A DNA stretch of 64,000 bases from Mantamonas sphyraenae STR306 (Eukaryota > Protista > CRuMs), in the NCBI GenBank assembly GCA_026936335.1, contig JAPMXV010000026.1, forward strand, positions 1 to 64,000. The letters are read 5' to 3'. Below are positions 42,787-54,500 of the stretch, piece after piece. A program made the position numbers and the translations under genes. Under the pieces are notes generated by a model, which saw only the letters and a list, made by a program, of their open reading frames with translations, was not told where the DNA came from and searched no databases. How positions within the stretch are numbered: the stretch's first letter is position 1; every line of letters begins with the position of its first letter.

Positions 42787-45183
42787 ATGGGCAAAAACTC
42801 ACGCAACAAGCAGCCTCGGTTTGTCTACCGCACCGAGGACGAGCTCAGCGAAGGCCAATCCTTGGAAAAGCTTCCCAGCACAAACACCTCGACTGCACGC
42901 GACGTGGCTGCCTCTATCAAGCAGCAGTCTGGCACAGACATGACTCTCGACGACGTGTTGCACCTCTATACAGCCTGTGGCAACGACAAGGACGCCACTC
43001 TGGCCATCCTGGCCCCTCAAGACACCGTTGATCACCCAAGTGGCAGCGACGAAGTCCTCAACACCCTCATTGCCATGTTTGGCGAAGTTCACACAGCCGC
43101 AGACATACGCACTGTCTATCAAGGGTGCAACTGTGACTTTGACGCCGCTGTGCAACAGCTCGTGGCCACCACAGAGCAGCCGTCCTCAAATTCCTCCGAA
43201 GCCGACGCAGAACTGGCTGCCTTGGCAAAGTCCCTGCCCCAAGAAACCATCGAGGCCATTTTAAATATCCATGCTAACGATCTCACGAAAGCGTTACCCC
43301 AGCTGCGAGCTCTGGCCGAGCTGGGCGTCGACTCGAGCGTTGACGACGATGACGACGCCCACGACGTCGACGCTGAAACCTGTGAAACCACCACTGTCGA
43401 CGACCAGGACACTACCGTCGATGTGTCTCTGGGCACATCCGAGCTTTCCTGGGACCTGGACGTCGACACTTCACTCGAGCAGGAAAACACCTGGATCGAC
43501 GTCCTCGACAGCATGTTCGACCACGCCTTTGAGCCCGACTTTATCCAGTGGCTTCTTGAGGACACCCAAGGCGACTTTGACGCCTGCGTGGCCGAGCTCA
43601 CACGTTGGCGCGACCACCAACAATCCGAAATGGAGGCGGAGAAGCGCTCGCAACAGGACGACAACCAAGACAACGACGACGCCTTTCAATCGCCCATCGT
43701 CAACTTCATTCTCAACGACGACCGTGACGACAGCTTCATCGAGCTGAGCGACCCCTGTCTGCTGCTGGTGGCCCTTGAGTGGCGCCAGGGCCAGATGTTC
43801 AACTCCAAAGAGAGCATTCGACGCATCCGCGCCTGCGAGTATGTCGAGCGCGTGCGCAGGGGAACCATCGTTGTGCGCAACACCACAATGGAAGAGGAGC
43901 AGCTGCCTGCGCTCGCCATCGATGTCGTACCTCCAGACAGCGGCCGTGAGGAGGAGCTGCTGCGCAACCTGACCATGGTTGCACGTGCCTATGCCCACGA
44001 ACGCGTCGATTCCAACAGCAAAGACAAACCCGTTCGCCATCGCATCTTCCCCAACAGCCCGCTCACCTCACTGTTGGCTGCCATGCCCCCCACCGACATC
44101 GACTCCATCCGAACGCTGCGCGAGACCTGGCTGGCCCACTCGGGCGACCGAGCCTCCCAAACCCTGGACTGGACCACCAGCGACGACGGCCACGTGGGCG
44201 CCAGCAGAGACACCTTTGCCATCTCCTGGGGCTCCACCTGGGTCTCCACAGGCCAGGGTAGGCAGCACGACACCTTTTCCAGCGCAAACCTCAGCGATAG
44301 CACAAGCGAGTCCACTCCCCTCTCGTTGGCCGACAAGATGAAGCTGGAGCAGCTTGGAGACAAGTTTCCCAGTGTGCCAGCCGAGGTGCGCGAAAACGTC
44401 TTTCTGCAGTGTCACCGCCACATGGACAACGCCGCAGTCATCCTCCGCGAGGCCTACCCCAATGACGAGCGCACGGATGTGGGACCCTCCAAGCCCCGCA
44501 CACTCACCTTTGAAGAGGCCCGAGAGCTCTTTCGCCAAACGGGTGGCCGAAGCAACAGCAGCAGCAGCGGCAGCAGCTCCGCCTTTGCTAACCAGGCCGA
44601 GCAAGGTGCCAACAAGGCCCGTGTCACACACTGTCTCAACACCCTCCACAGCCTGGCCCACGATGGTTCCTCTCAGGTGAGCACCTTGTACAGCATGCGC
44701 GTCGACGACGACGTCCAAGGCACATACCAGGACTGGGTCGACGCCCTTGCAGAGCAGAGCCGCGAACGCATCCAGTGCTTCCAGATGGCTGCCACCATGT
44801 ATGGACGTGGCAACAGCCAAAGCGCAGGCAATCTTTCGCGTGCTGGTCACACCCGTGCACTCAGCATGTGCCAGTACGCAAAGAACGCTGCCGATGTCTT
44901 TGTCGCCTCCGTCCGCTCTGCCTCAGGCCAGGTTGACCTCGACCTGCATGGAATGCCCTCCAAACCTGCACTCATGGTTGCAGCGCGCGTCCTCATGCTC
45001 CTGCTTAACCAGCTCAACGGTGCACGCGATGTCACCTCCCTCCTCATCATCACCGGTCGCGGTTCCCACTCCGGAGGCCGTGCCCGCATCCGCGAGCTCG
45101 TGCGCAACTTTGTCTCACACGACACGTTGAGGCGATGCTCCAAGGAGCAGAATGCCGGAGGTGCCATCGCCATCGCCCTGTAG
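42787..45183 (+). CDS. CUE-repeat plus C-terminal SMR endonuclease (Cue2/N4BP2/NONU-1-like)
   Basis: Several CUE-like units (LIAMF, LDSMF, LGDKFP); SMR motifs DLDLHGM and IITGRGSHS. Confidence 0.85.
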   Translation: MGKNSRNKQPRFVYRTEDELSEGQSLEKLPSTNTSTARDVAASIKQQSGTDMTLDDVLHLYTACGNDKDATLAILAPQDTVDHPSGSDEVLNTLIAMFGEVHTAADIRTVYQGCNCDFDAAVQQLVATTEQPSSNSSEADAELAALAKSLPQETIEAILNIHANDLTKALPQLRALAELGVDSSVDDDDDAHDVDAETCETTTVDDQDTTVDVSLGTSELSWDLDVDTSLEQENTWIDVLDSMFDHAFEPDFIQWLLEDTQGDFDACVAELTRWRDHQQSEMEAEKRSQQDDNQDNDDAFQSPIVNFILNDDRDDSFIELSDPCLLLVALEWRQGQMFNSKESIRRIRACEYVERVRRGTIVVRNTTMEEEQLPALAIDVVPPDSGREEELLRNLTMVARAYAHERVDSNSKDKPVRHRIFPNSPLTSLLAAMPPTDIDSIRTLRETWLAHSGDRASQTLDWTTSDDGHVGASRDTFAISWGSTWVSTGQGRQHDTFSSANLSDSTSESTPLSLADKMKLEQLGDKFPSVPAEVRENVFLQCHRHMDNAAVILREAYPNDERTDVGPSKPRTLTFEEARELFRQTGGRSNSSSSGSSSAFANQAEQGANKARVTHCLNTLHSLAHDGSSQVSTLYSMRVDDDVQGTYQDWVDALAEQSRERIQCFQMAATMYGRGNSQSAGNLSRAGHTRALSMCQYAKNAADVFVASVRSASGQVDLDLHGMPSKPALMVAARVLMLLLNQLNGARDVTSLLIITGRGSHSGGRARIRELVRNFVSHDTLRRCSKEQNAGGAIAIAL

Positions 45184-45216
45184 CACATGCACCAGCGAAA
45201 CCAACAATCATCCCGC

Positions 45217-48200
45217 ATGCCCGCCAAACCACGTGGACGAGGCAGAGGCAGAGGCCGCGGTCGCGGACAGCCAGAATCCGCACCCTCGTCATCATCATCC
45301 AATGCATCCCCGCGTCCCAGTCATCCACGTGCACTCACTAGCCGGAAAGCAGGAGCGTCCTCTTCAGCCAATCAGGAGCCGGCCCCCGCGCATGAAAAGC
45401 AGGGCATCAGCGAGGAACGAGCTGCACGTGTGGCTGCCATCCAGTCGTCGCAGGCATCGTTCTCCACCGAGAAGCTGCACGAGCTCTACGAGGATCTGGA
45501 CAGCTCCGACTCGGAGCTGGAAAGCAGCGACGACGAGGCCACGTCAGTGTCCCGCGCAAACGACTCGCAGATCGATCATGCCCTCGACGCCTACCGGCAG
45601 GCTGTGGCCCAGTCCAAAGCACACACTTGGCACTCGCACGAAGACGAGGCAAGCTTCGCTCACCGCCTGCAGACCGCTACGGATCACTTGAAAGAACTCA
45701 AGCAGCACACCAGCTGCCAGATGTGCCTAGGCCGTGTCAAGCACACGCAGCCCGTATGGCAGTGTCCCACTTGCTACACCCTCTCTCATCTCGGCTGCAT
45801 CCAGCCCTGGGCCACCACCAGCCTGGCCAACTCGGCCGCAAAGCTGGAAGCACTTGCCGCCAGCAGCAGCTCCTCCTCCTCCTCCTCCTCCTCCTCTTCC
45901 TCCTCCTCCAGCAGCAATCACAACACACCCACACCCACCTGGGGTTGTCCCAATTGCAGGACACAGTACAAGCGTAAGGACGTGCCGCGCCACTACACCT
46001 GCTTTTGCGGCTCGGTTCGCGATCCGCCCTTTGACCCCTGGATGGTGCCCCACTCGTGTGGCAGCCAGTGCAACAAAGACCTGGGTTGTGGACATCCCTG
46101 CATGCTGCTGTGTCACCCGGGTCCCTGCCCGCCCTGCCCCCAGGTGCGCCAGAATGTGCCTTGCCACTGCGGCAAGCGTGCCTACACACAGCTCTGCGCC
46201 CAACGGCCAAAGTCCTGTGGCGATACCTGCGGCCGACGCCTTGAGTGTGGTCACACTTGTCCTCTCACATGCCACGAGGGCGATTGTCCACCGTGCACCA
46301 AGCAGGCAGCCTATCTTTGCCGCTGCGGACGGTTGGAACGAACCCTGCCTTGCATCCAGCGCCATTTTGAGTGCACCAATGTGTGCAACCTGCCCCTGGA
46401 CTGTGGCAATCACAAGTGCACCCGTGTATGCTGCGATTCCAACTGTCCTCCGTGTCCGCTTGCCGGCGCACGGACCTGCCACTGCGGCAAGCAGGCCATG
46501 CACGACCTCGACTGCACGCAGCCCACCCCAACCTGTGGTAGCACCTGTGGCAAACTTCTCGACTGTGGCTTCCACCGCTGCAACGAGCGCTGCCATCCGG
46601 GCGACTGCGGCTCGTGTTTGCAAAAACGCGAAGTCGACTGCCGATGCGGCGCCTCCTCCAAAGTCCTTCCCTGTGGCCAAGAGTACACCTGCGGTCAACG
46701 GTGCACCCGCCAGCGCTCCTGCCGCCGCCATGAATGTCGCCGTCGCTGCTGTGCAGGCGACTGCCCTCCGTGCATCGAAGTGTGCAACAGACCCCTCAAT
46801 TGCGGCCGCCACAGCTGCAAGGCTCCATGCCACGACGGCAAGTGTGCCCCGTGTCCCATCACCAAAGAGATCACGTGTCGCTGTGGCCTCACGTCCATCA
46901 CCGTGGACTGCAAGGACTCACGCACCACCCATCCCCCAAAGTGTTCCCTGCCCTGCCGCATCCCTCCCAACTGCCACCACCGCCGCCGCCGCAAGCACAA
47001 GTGCCATTTTGGCGAGTGTGCCAAGTGCACCTATCCCTGCAAGCTTCCCTTACCCGGATGCACACACAAGTGTCCGCTTCCGTGTCACGATCCGGAACCA
47101 CCTCGCGAGGATCCCGAGTCCCTGCAGGCTTCCCTCAAGAAGCCCAAGAAGAAGCGTGGCCAAGCAAGCGTGCTGGATCAGTACGACTACTCAGTGCCCA
47201 ACAAGGGGTGGCGAGTCGACGTCGCCTCAATCGAGTGCCCGCCCTGCGAGGTACCTATGGCGCGGGAGTGCCTGGGCAAGCACGAATTCCGCACCGTGCC
47301 CTGCCATGCCCCTCCCTTTCAGTGTGCGCGCACTTGTGGCAACCCACTCGTCTGTGGCAACCACAACTGCACCAAACGATGCCACGAGATTGGCCGACCA
47401 CGTGCCCTTGCTTCCGACGGCATTGTCGTACCGCAGGGCATGGAAGACGAACCCGGGCGCGACAAGGAGATCCGATGGCCACAGGGCCAGGACGACACCT
47501 GCATGTCCTGCCAGGAAGAGTGCTCCCTTCCGCGCACGTGCAAGCATCCTTGCCCGGAAAAATGCCATCCTGCCCCGTGTCCCCCCTGCCGTGTCGTCCG
47601 CCGTGTACCATGCCACTGTGGCTCCCTCATCAACACCATGTACTGCGTCGAGGAGCGTCTATCCTGCGGTGGCCAGTGCCCCTTCAATCTGCCATGTGGC
47701 CATCAATGCGAACAAACATGCCATCCTCGCGAGACACGCCAAGACTGTGCAGACGTGGCACAAGGTCCGTGTACGCGCAATGTCACACTCACTTGCAAGT
47801 GCAAGCGTATCAAGAATAAGGTCAGCTGCCCCGAGGCTTGCGCAATCCGTGACCAACAGAACGTCACCGATGTCGAAAACAAGCGCCTTCTTCCATGCGA
47901 CGACGAATGTGAAGAGGCCAAACAGCGTCGCAAGGCCCAGCGCGACAACCCTGCTGCGAGCGCTGGGGCACAGGCTGTCCCGGAAAGCTCAGGCAGCTAC
48001 TATGACAACGCACGCGCCAAGGCCGAGCGAAGGCGCAAGAAGAAGGCACAAAAGGAGGAGGAGGAAGAGGCACGTGCACGCGAACAGGAGCTACGCAACC
48101 AACAGCAAGAGACGAATCCATTCTGGCGCATTGCCATCGCTTTCATCGTCGTCATCGCCCTGCTCTGCCTCATTGCCTTTTTCCGCAAGGACCCAGGCGA

Positions 48201-48225
48201 CGTCGAGGTGCCCAAGTGGAACTGA
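45217..48225 (+). CDS. NFXL1: NF-X1-type zinc finger protein NFXL1 (RING/PHD-like + NF-X1 fingers + C-terminal TM)
   Basis: CQMC..WQCPTCY..HLGCIQPW..WGCPNCR, PHSCGSQC, many CHPGPCPPC units, hydrophobic tail. Confidence 0.92.
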   Translation: MPAKPRGRGRGRGRGRGQPESAPSSSSSNASPRPSHPRALTSRKAGASSSANQEPAPAHEKQGISEERAARVAAIQSSQASFSTEKLHELYEDLDSSDSELESSDDEATSVSRANDSQIDHALDAYRQAVAQSKAHTWHSHEDEASFAHRLQTATDHLKELKQHTSCQMCLGRVKHTQPVWQCPTCYTLSHLGCIQPWATTSLANSAAKLEALAASSSSSSSSSSSSSSSSSSNHNTPTPTWGCPNCRTQYKRKDVPRHYTCFCGSVRDPPFDPWMVPHSCGSQCNKDLGCGHPCMLLCHPGPCPPCPQVRQNVPCHCGKRAYTQLCAQRPKSCGDTCGRRLECGHTCPLTCHEGDCPPCTKQAAYLCRCGRLERTLPCIQRHFECTNVCNLPLDCGNHKCTRVCCDSNCPPCPLAGARTCHCGKQAMHDLDCTQPTPTCGSTCGKLLDCGFHRCNERCHPGDCGSCLQKREVDCRCGASSKVLPCGQEYTCGQRCTRQRSCRRHECRRRCCAGDCPPCIEVCNRPLNCGRHSCKAPCHDGKCAPCPITKEITCRCGLTSITVDCKDSRTTHPPKCSLPCRIPPNCHHRRRRKHKCHFGECAKCTYPCKLPLPGCTHKCPLPCHDPEPPREDPESLQASLKKPKKKRGQASVLDQYDYSVPNKGWRVDVASIECPPCEVPMARECLGKHEFRTVPCHAPPFQCARTCGNPLVCGNHNCTKRCHEIGRPRALASDGIVVPQGMEDEPGRDKEIRWPQGQDDTCMSCQEECSLPRTCKHPCPEKCHPAPCPPCRVVRRVPCHCGSLINTMYCVEERLSCGGQCPFNLPCGHQCEQTCHPRETRQDCADVAQGPCTRNVTLTCKCKRIKNKVSCPEACAIRDQQNVTDVENKRLLPCDDECEEAKQRRKAQRDNPAASAGAQAVPESSGSYYDNARAKAERRRKKKAQKEEEEEARAREQELRNQQQETNPFWRIAIAFIVVIALLCLIAFFRKDPGDVEVPKWN

Positions 48226-48270
48226 ACATACATGCACAATGGACGTGCCCCTTTTCTGTGTATTCAACCC

Positions 48271-49242
48271 TCATTTGAATCCCCCAAAGCCCATCATGGC
48301 CATCAGCTGCTCCTCTTCCTTCTTTGCCTGCTCCTGCTTCAACAACAGGCTTTCCTCTTCGCTCAACTCCTTGCCCGACTCCTTTGCCTCTTGGATTTGC
48401 ACGAGACGTGCCTCCTGCTCCGCGGCCGCCTGTTCCGCTTCCTTGGCCGCCTTCTTGGCCGCCTTCTTCTCCTTCTTGCGTCGTTTCCTCTCCTCCTCCT
48501 CCTGTTCCAGTTGTGCCAGCTTCTCCTCGACGCTCATCTCCTCCACGTCGTCCAGTTTCCGCTTGCGGCTCGCCAGCTCCGCCAGCTTGCTCTTGACAGC
48601 GTTGCTTGACACCTGCACCACACCAGCTTTCTGGCCCAGATTCCGCAGATCTGTCCCCACCCGTGCATATCTGCGTGTCAGTGCATCCTTCGACCAAACC
48701 GCACGCTCGTCTTCCCAATACCCGCTCACTTACGTCGTTCCCCGTTCAGATGGCTCACATACGACCGGTTGTCCTTGAGCACAACCTGGCACACTGCGCC
48801 CCGCCGCCCCGTGTGAGTAATCCACACATGGCGATCACTGACCAAACGCCCCACTCCACTGCCTGCGCCAATGTGCACACTCACCGTGGCACGGAAAGCC
48901 CGCCTGGTCCATCTTGCCTTCGCCCTTGACGAGCTGCACCTTGCCCACAAACTTGCTCTCGTCCAGGACACGCGTGTCTCTGTTGTTGGCCACCTCCAGC
49001 AGCTCCTTTGGGATTTGCTCCGTGTCTGTGCACATGTGCACGCACACACCGCACCGGACACAAGTCACACGTGTCAGCAGCAGGCAGCGTTCAACCCACC
49101 AGTCGCACTCCCGCCGCAACCACTCACCGTCAACCCCCGTGAGGGTGCCCCCGGCCTTCATTTCGCGCTCCCGCCGCGCATACTCCTCGATGTCATACTT
49201 GGTGCGGCTGCTGTTGTCCACAAACTTGAATCCCTGGCTCAT
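48271..49242 (-). CDS. ZMAT2: Spliceosomal matrin-type zinc finger protein ZMAT2/Snu23; four exons
   Basis: RTKYDIEEY; spliced AGFPCHVCQVVLKD..YVSHLNGERHLRNLG; ends MAMMGFGGF. Confidence 0.88.
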
Positions 49243-49331
49243 GGCGACAAATGGGCGGCTGCGCTACACTGGCGCACCCGCCGCGCCTCCACCCACACAA
49301 TTGCAATCCGTTCTCCCGAGTCGTAGCGCAA

Positions 49332-51393
49332 ATGGCATTCGATCCCACCTCTGCCACGTACGCCGAGTTGCGTTCGCAGTGCAAGAGCCTCGGCCTGCCC
49401 AGCACGGGTACAAAGGCCGTGCTCATCAAGCGCCTGCAGGACGCCGCCTCGTCTTCTCCCGTGTCCGACACCGCCAGTGTGGCCTCCAGCGTCGCCTCCA
49501 GTGTCGCTCGCCGTCGTCGCCGTGGTGCTCGCTCCTCCACAGGCACAGCCGGCTCCAACAACAACAGCGACGACGCCGCGTCAAATGCTTCCAGCCGAGC
49601 CTCCACTGGCCCGGTTGACTTTGCTTCCATGCGTGTGCCCGAACTGCGTACCCTGCTGGAAGAGCGTGGTTTGGACTCCAGCGGACGCAAGAGCGACCTC
49701 GTGGCTCGCCTTGAGAACGCCTCTCCGTCGGCTTCTGCCTCGTCGCCTTCGCCCTCTCTTGTCGGCGGCTCTCACGGAACGCCCAAGAAGAGCATGCGCT
49801 CGCCCGCTGGAGCCGGCGTGGCGTCGGCTGCATATGACATTTCCGACACTGCCTCCACTCAGCAGCGTGTCGACCATGCCCTGCATGTCATGCAGAGCGA
49901 GGAGCTCGAGTCGAATGTGCTCGGTGAGTTTCGCGCGCCACGTCGTCACACGCCCGCTTGCCTTGCCCTACTCACACACAGACGCCACCGGCTGTCTCCT
50001 TGCCCTCCCCTGCGCTTGCGTGTGTTTCCCCCATGCGTCTTGCCGCCTGTGCCCCGTTGTCCCTCCTGCGCGCTACGCAGAGGCGGTCAACAACTTGCGT
50101 CGCAAACAGCTCGCTGCGCGAGAGGAACTCACCTTTCTGCGCTCTCCGCTGCGCATGGTCGTTGGCTCCTTCTGGGTCATTTTGCAGTGGATCAAGGATC
50201 TGCTTCTCTGGTTCTCTGCCAATGCCAACTACATCGTGGTCCTCTTCTTCCCCTTTGTCACCGCCTCCATCGTTTGGCACGACACGTTCCTGCCCTTTTT
50301 CGACGACCTCATGGACGAGCTCGAGTGGATCATCCTCGGCATTGCCTCCTCCGTGGGCCTTGGTACGTCCCTGCCTCTTTTTGCCAACATTGGATGTTGC
50401 GTGCGTGCCCCCATGCGACCAAGCCGTTCAGCTGACATCGACCCGCCCTGCCCCTTCCTTCCCCCCCCCCCCCCCCACACACACGAACTCTCCCGTACAG
50501 GCTCGGGCGTCCACACCTTCCTGCTCTACCTGGGCCCTTGGATTGCGCAGGTGACGACGGTGGCGTATGAGTGTGGCACTCATGAGCTGCTGAAGGGCAC
50601 AGATCATGCGACCAACCCGTTTGTGTGTCCCGACGAGATCCTGGCTCTGGGCAAGAACAAGTCGGCAGAAATGGTGGCTGGTGTGATCAACCCGGCCACG
50701 GGGGCTGCGTTTGAGCCCACCACAGTCATGGGCGTGTTTACGCTTGTCGGCCTGCCCGCTCTGCTGTGGGGCATCGGCACTGCCATTGGTGAGCTGCCGC
50801 CCTACTTCTTTGCACGCAAGAGCAAGCTTGCAGGTGAGTCGCTGGACGAAATCAACGAGCTGCTGGACAGCAAGGCCGACTCGGCGGTAGACCGCTGGAA
50901 GGCCTGGCTCATCAACAACATCGACCGTATGGGCTTTTTCGGCATTCTCGCGTTTGCCTCTGTGCCCAACCCGCTCTTTGACCTGGCCGGCCTGGCCTGT
51001 GGCTTTGCCCTCGTGCCCTTCTGGACCTTCTTTGGCGCCACAGCCATTGGCAAGGGTGTCTTCAAGGCCTGCGCCTTCCAGGCCACTTTCTACATCATGG
51101 TGTTTGGCAACCAGTACAAGAACATTGTTGGTGCCATCGAGAACACCGTGCCTGCCCTGGCCGCCCCGGTCAAGGCGTGGCGCGAGCGCCTGGTCCAGCA
51201 GATGGTCAACAAGGTTGCTCCCGAGCCCACCCTCGTGTCCATCATGTTTGGCCACCTCATCACGCTCATCATTGCCATCACCCTCATGGGCATCTTGGAG
51301 ATGTCTGTGCAAAAGTGGGCCGCCGATCACGACGAGGAGGCTGTCGCCCAGTACCGCCTGGAGCTCGAGAATGCCCGCTACGCAAACAAGTGA
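49332..51393 (+). CDS. VMP1: VMP1 (DedA-family scramblase) with two N-terminal SAP domains; introns 49924-50080 and 50363-50500
   Basis: LGIASSVGLGSGVHTFLLYLGP, WGIGTAIGELPPYF, ASVPNPLFDLAG. SAP motifs YAELRSQCKSLGLPSTGTKAVLIKRL and VPELRTLLEERGLDSSGRKSDLVARL. Confidence 0.9.
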
Positions 51394-51500
51394 GCCGCTA
51401 CCTTGCCATCTAACTTTGCTTCCATCGGCACCGGTTCCGCCCACGTTCCCAACCCAACCCAAGCAACGCACAACAAAAAAACCGCATCTTTTGCTCGCCC

Positions 51501-54500
51501 ATGAGTCGCAGGGAACCTCGCCGTCCCACCACGCTTCCACGCTCTCTTGCAGACCCGCTCGGCTTCTTCAACCTTGTGGGCGGCGATGAGAACGACGTAG
51601 AGGAGCACGATGTTGTACAAAGCGAGGGCATAGAAAGTTCAGAGGCGCCACAGCAGCCGGCGGCGTTTCGAGCAAACCGGATGTCAGGATCGGGCTCGTC
51701 GATCGCTCACCCACCGTTGGCCATCCCGCTGGCTCCAAACATGGATCCCAGTGAAGACATCCAGGACGCCGATGTAGACGACGCGTGGACGACCAAGGAC
51801 AGCATCAAGGCTGTGGATCCGCGCATTTCATCAAGCACCTCGTCATCGTCATCATCGCACGCATCGCTGCCACTACCACGCAAATACCACGACCTGTTTG
51901 CGTTTTCGTCGCTGAACCGTATGCAAGCCGAGTGTGCACACACCATGCTGCACAGCAGCGGCAACGTGGTGATTTCTGCCCCGACAGGAGCTGGCAAGAC
52001 GACGCTGTTTGATCTGGCCATGGTGTCCCAACACATGCAGGGCAAGACACATGCACGATGTGTGTACTTAAGCCCCACCAAGGCACTTTGCAACGAACGC
52101 TACCAGGACTGGAGCAAGCGGTACGGTGGCGTGCTGGATTGGAAGGTGAAGCAGGTGACGGGCGATTCCGAGTACACAGGCATGGCTGATTTGGCGGACG
52201 TGGATCTGCTCGTGAGCACCCCGGAAAAGTTTGACAGTTTGACGCGTGCTTGGAGGCAGCACAGGGCATTTGCGACCTCCATCACGCTGCTGCTGATCGA
52301 CGAAGTGCACTTGCTTGGAGATCGGCGGGGCGCAACGCTCGAGGCCATTGTGGCACGCACACGCAGCATCCAAGAGCGCACCGGTCACACACTGCGCATC
52401 GTGGCGGTTTCAGCGACCATTCCCAACATCGAGGACATCGGAGAGTGGCTGGAATGTCCGGTGGATGGCGCTCACGTGCGGCATTTCGGCATGGAGTACA
52501 GGCCCGTGCCTTTGCAACAGGTCGTCCTTGGCTACCGTCCGGCCAAGAGCAGCTTTTTGTTCGATCGCAACCTGAACTACCGGCTGGCTGGCGTGATCAG
52601 CAAGTACAACGATGGAAGGCCCGCTCTTGTGTTTTGCGCCACACGCAAAAGTGCAGTGCAGGCGGCTCAGCATCTGTGCACAGAGGTTCAGCTGACCAAA
52701 ACACTGGTGCACAGCAGCCAACAGCAACAGGTGCTGCTGCAGGCGGTGACCAAGGTCAAGGACCACGCGCTGGCCGAATGCCTGACACACGCCGTGGCTT
52801 TCCATTCGGGAGGGCTGGACATGGGCGACCGACGACTGGTGGAGCGACTGTTGTCGGAGGGCCACCTGATGGTGTGCTGCACTACGTCCACTCTGGCCAT
52901 GGGCGTCAATCTGCCTGCACATCTGGTGGTGATCAAGGGCACGCAGATGTACAAGGAGGGCAAGTACGTGGAGTACGCCGAGCAGAGTGTGCTGCAGATG
53001 TGTGGTCGAGCAGGCAGGCCGCAGTTTGATACCACAGGCACCGTCGTCATCATGACCGAGGAGGACAAGCAGTACCACTATCAAAACCTGGTGGACGGCC
53101 ACACCAAGGTGGAGAGCTCCTTGTTGAGTCACATGGTGGAGCATCTGAACTCCGAGGTAGTCAATGGGACCATTGACAGTGCACGTGGTGCAGAGCGGTG
53201 GCTGCAATCGACGTTCCTTCAGGTCCGACTGCGCAAAAACCCAGGCCACTACGGTCTGCACGGCGTGAACACACAGCAGGAGACCCAAAGAGCGCTGCTG
53301 GAAAAGGTGCGCACCGAGCTTGGGAGACTGGGCGAGCTGGAGCTGCTTCGGCTGGTGGAGCAGGAGGATGGTGACGCAGCGTGTTCACCACTGCCGTTGG
53401 GACGTGCTGTGGCGCGCGCGTGCATTGCCATTGGTACGGTGCAGCAGTTTGGACGCTTGAGTGCGCAGAGTGATATGTCGACAGTGATTGGCACGCTGTG
53501 CACCGCGAGGGAGTATGCAGGAGTGCATCTGCGCGTGAGCGAGAAGCGGACGTTGAACGCGCTCAACGCCCACGCCTTGATGCGCTTCCCCGTCATGGAG
53601 CAGCTCAAGACAAAGACCAAGGTGGGAAAGGTAAAGAGCAGCGCCAACAAGCTGCGTGTGTTGCTTCAGACGGTGTTGGCCGACATCCCGTTTCCGGAAG
53701 GATCGCAGGCTGGCATGCGCAACGACATTACCCAGCTGTACACACACGCGCACCGCATCCTTGGCTGCATGGTGGAGTATCTGGTTCTTCACAAGTACGC
53801 AAGCCCTCTGCGCCACGCTCTGCTACTGCAGGCTTGCTGCAAACGCCGAACCTGGGCGGATGGCCCGCTCGTGCTACGCCAGCTCGACCGAGTGGGCCCC
53901 GTTCTTTGCCGCGCCCTCGCTTCGGCGTCCATTTATGACCTGGACTCGTTGGCCCAAGCGCAGCCGTGGCGCATCGAGCAAGTCACAGGACGACGCGCAC
54001 CATTTGGCGCCCAGCTCGTCGCTGCTGCACAGGCTGTGCCCCGGTACACCCTCCATGCAGACACGAGTGGCACTGTATCCGGCACGCGAGCACGCATCAC
54101 CATCACCGTGCGCCCTGCAGTGACACCAGCCTCCTGGAGCAATTCCTCAGCAGGATCTCGCACAGCCAAGGCTCACGCAGACTCCTCGGTGACATGGGCA
54201 CGCGATCTGGCCTTGGTTGTGAGCACACGCACTGGTATGCTCCTTCTCCACAAGCGGCTGTTCAGTCGAGAACTCACTACCGGCCAGGAGAATGGCGGTG
54301 TCAAACAGTATTCCTGCGCAGTCAACTTGGACGCAGAGTCGTGCTGCAATGGCAGCAACAACGTCGACGTGGATATCCTTCTGGCCAACCTCGAGTATCT
54401 CGGTGTCGATGCACACGCACACATTGGTTTGCGTGTGCCTGGCTTGTCCAAACGCGCGCGGGATGAAGAGGATGTCAACACGGCGCCTCCTGCGGCAAAA

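Noticed and set aside
45734-48778. 1014-aa overlapping ORF in a second frame of NFXL1
   Set aside because: Low-complexity A/T/S/P translation expected from a shifted frame of Cys/His/Pro codons ending in C; no domain signal.
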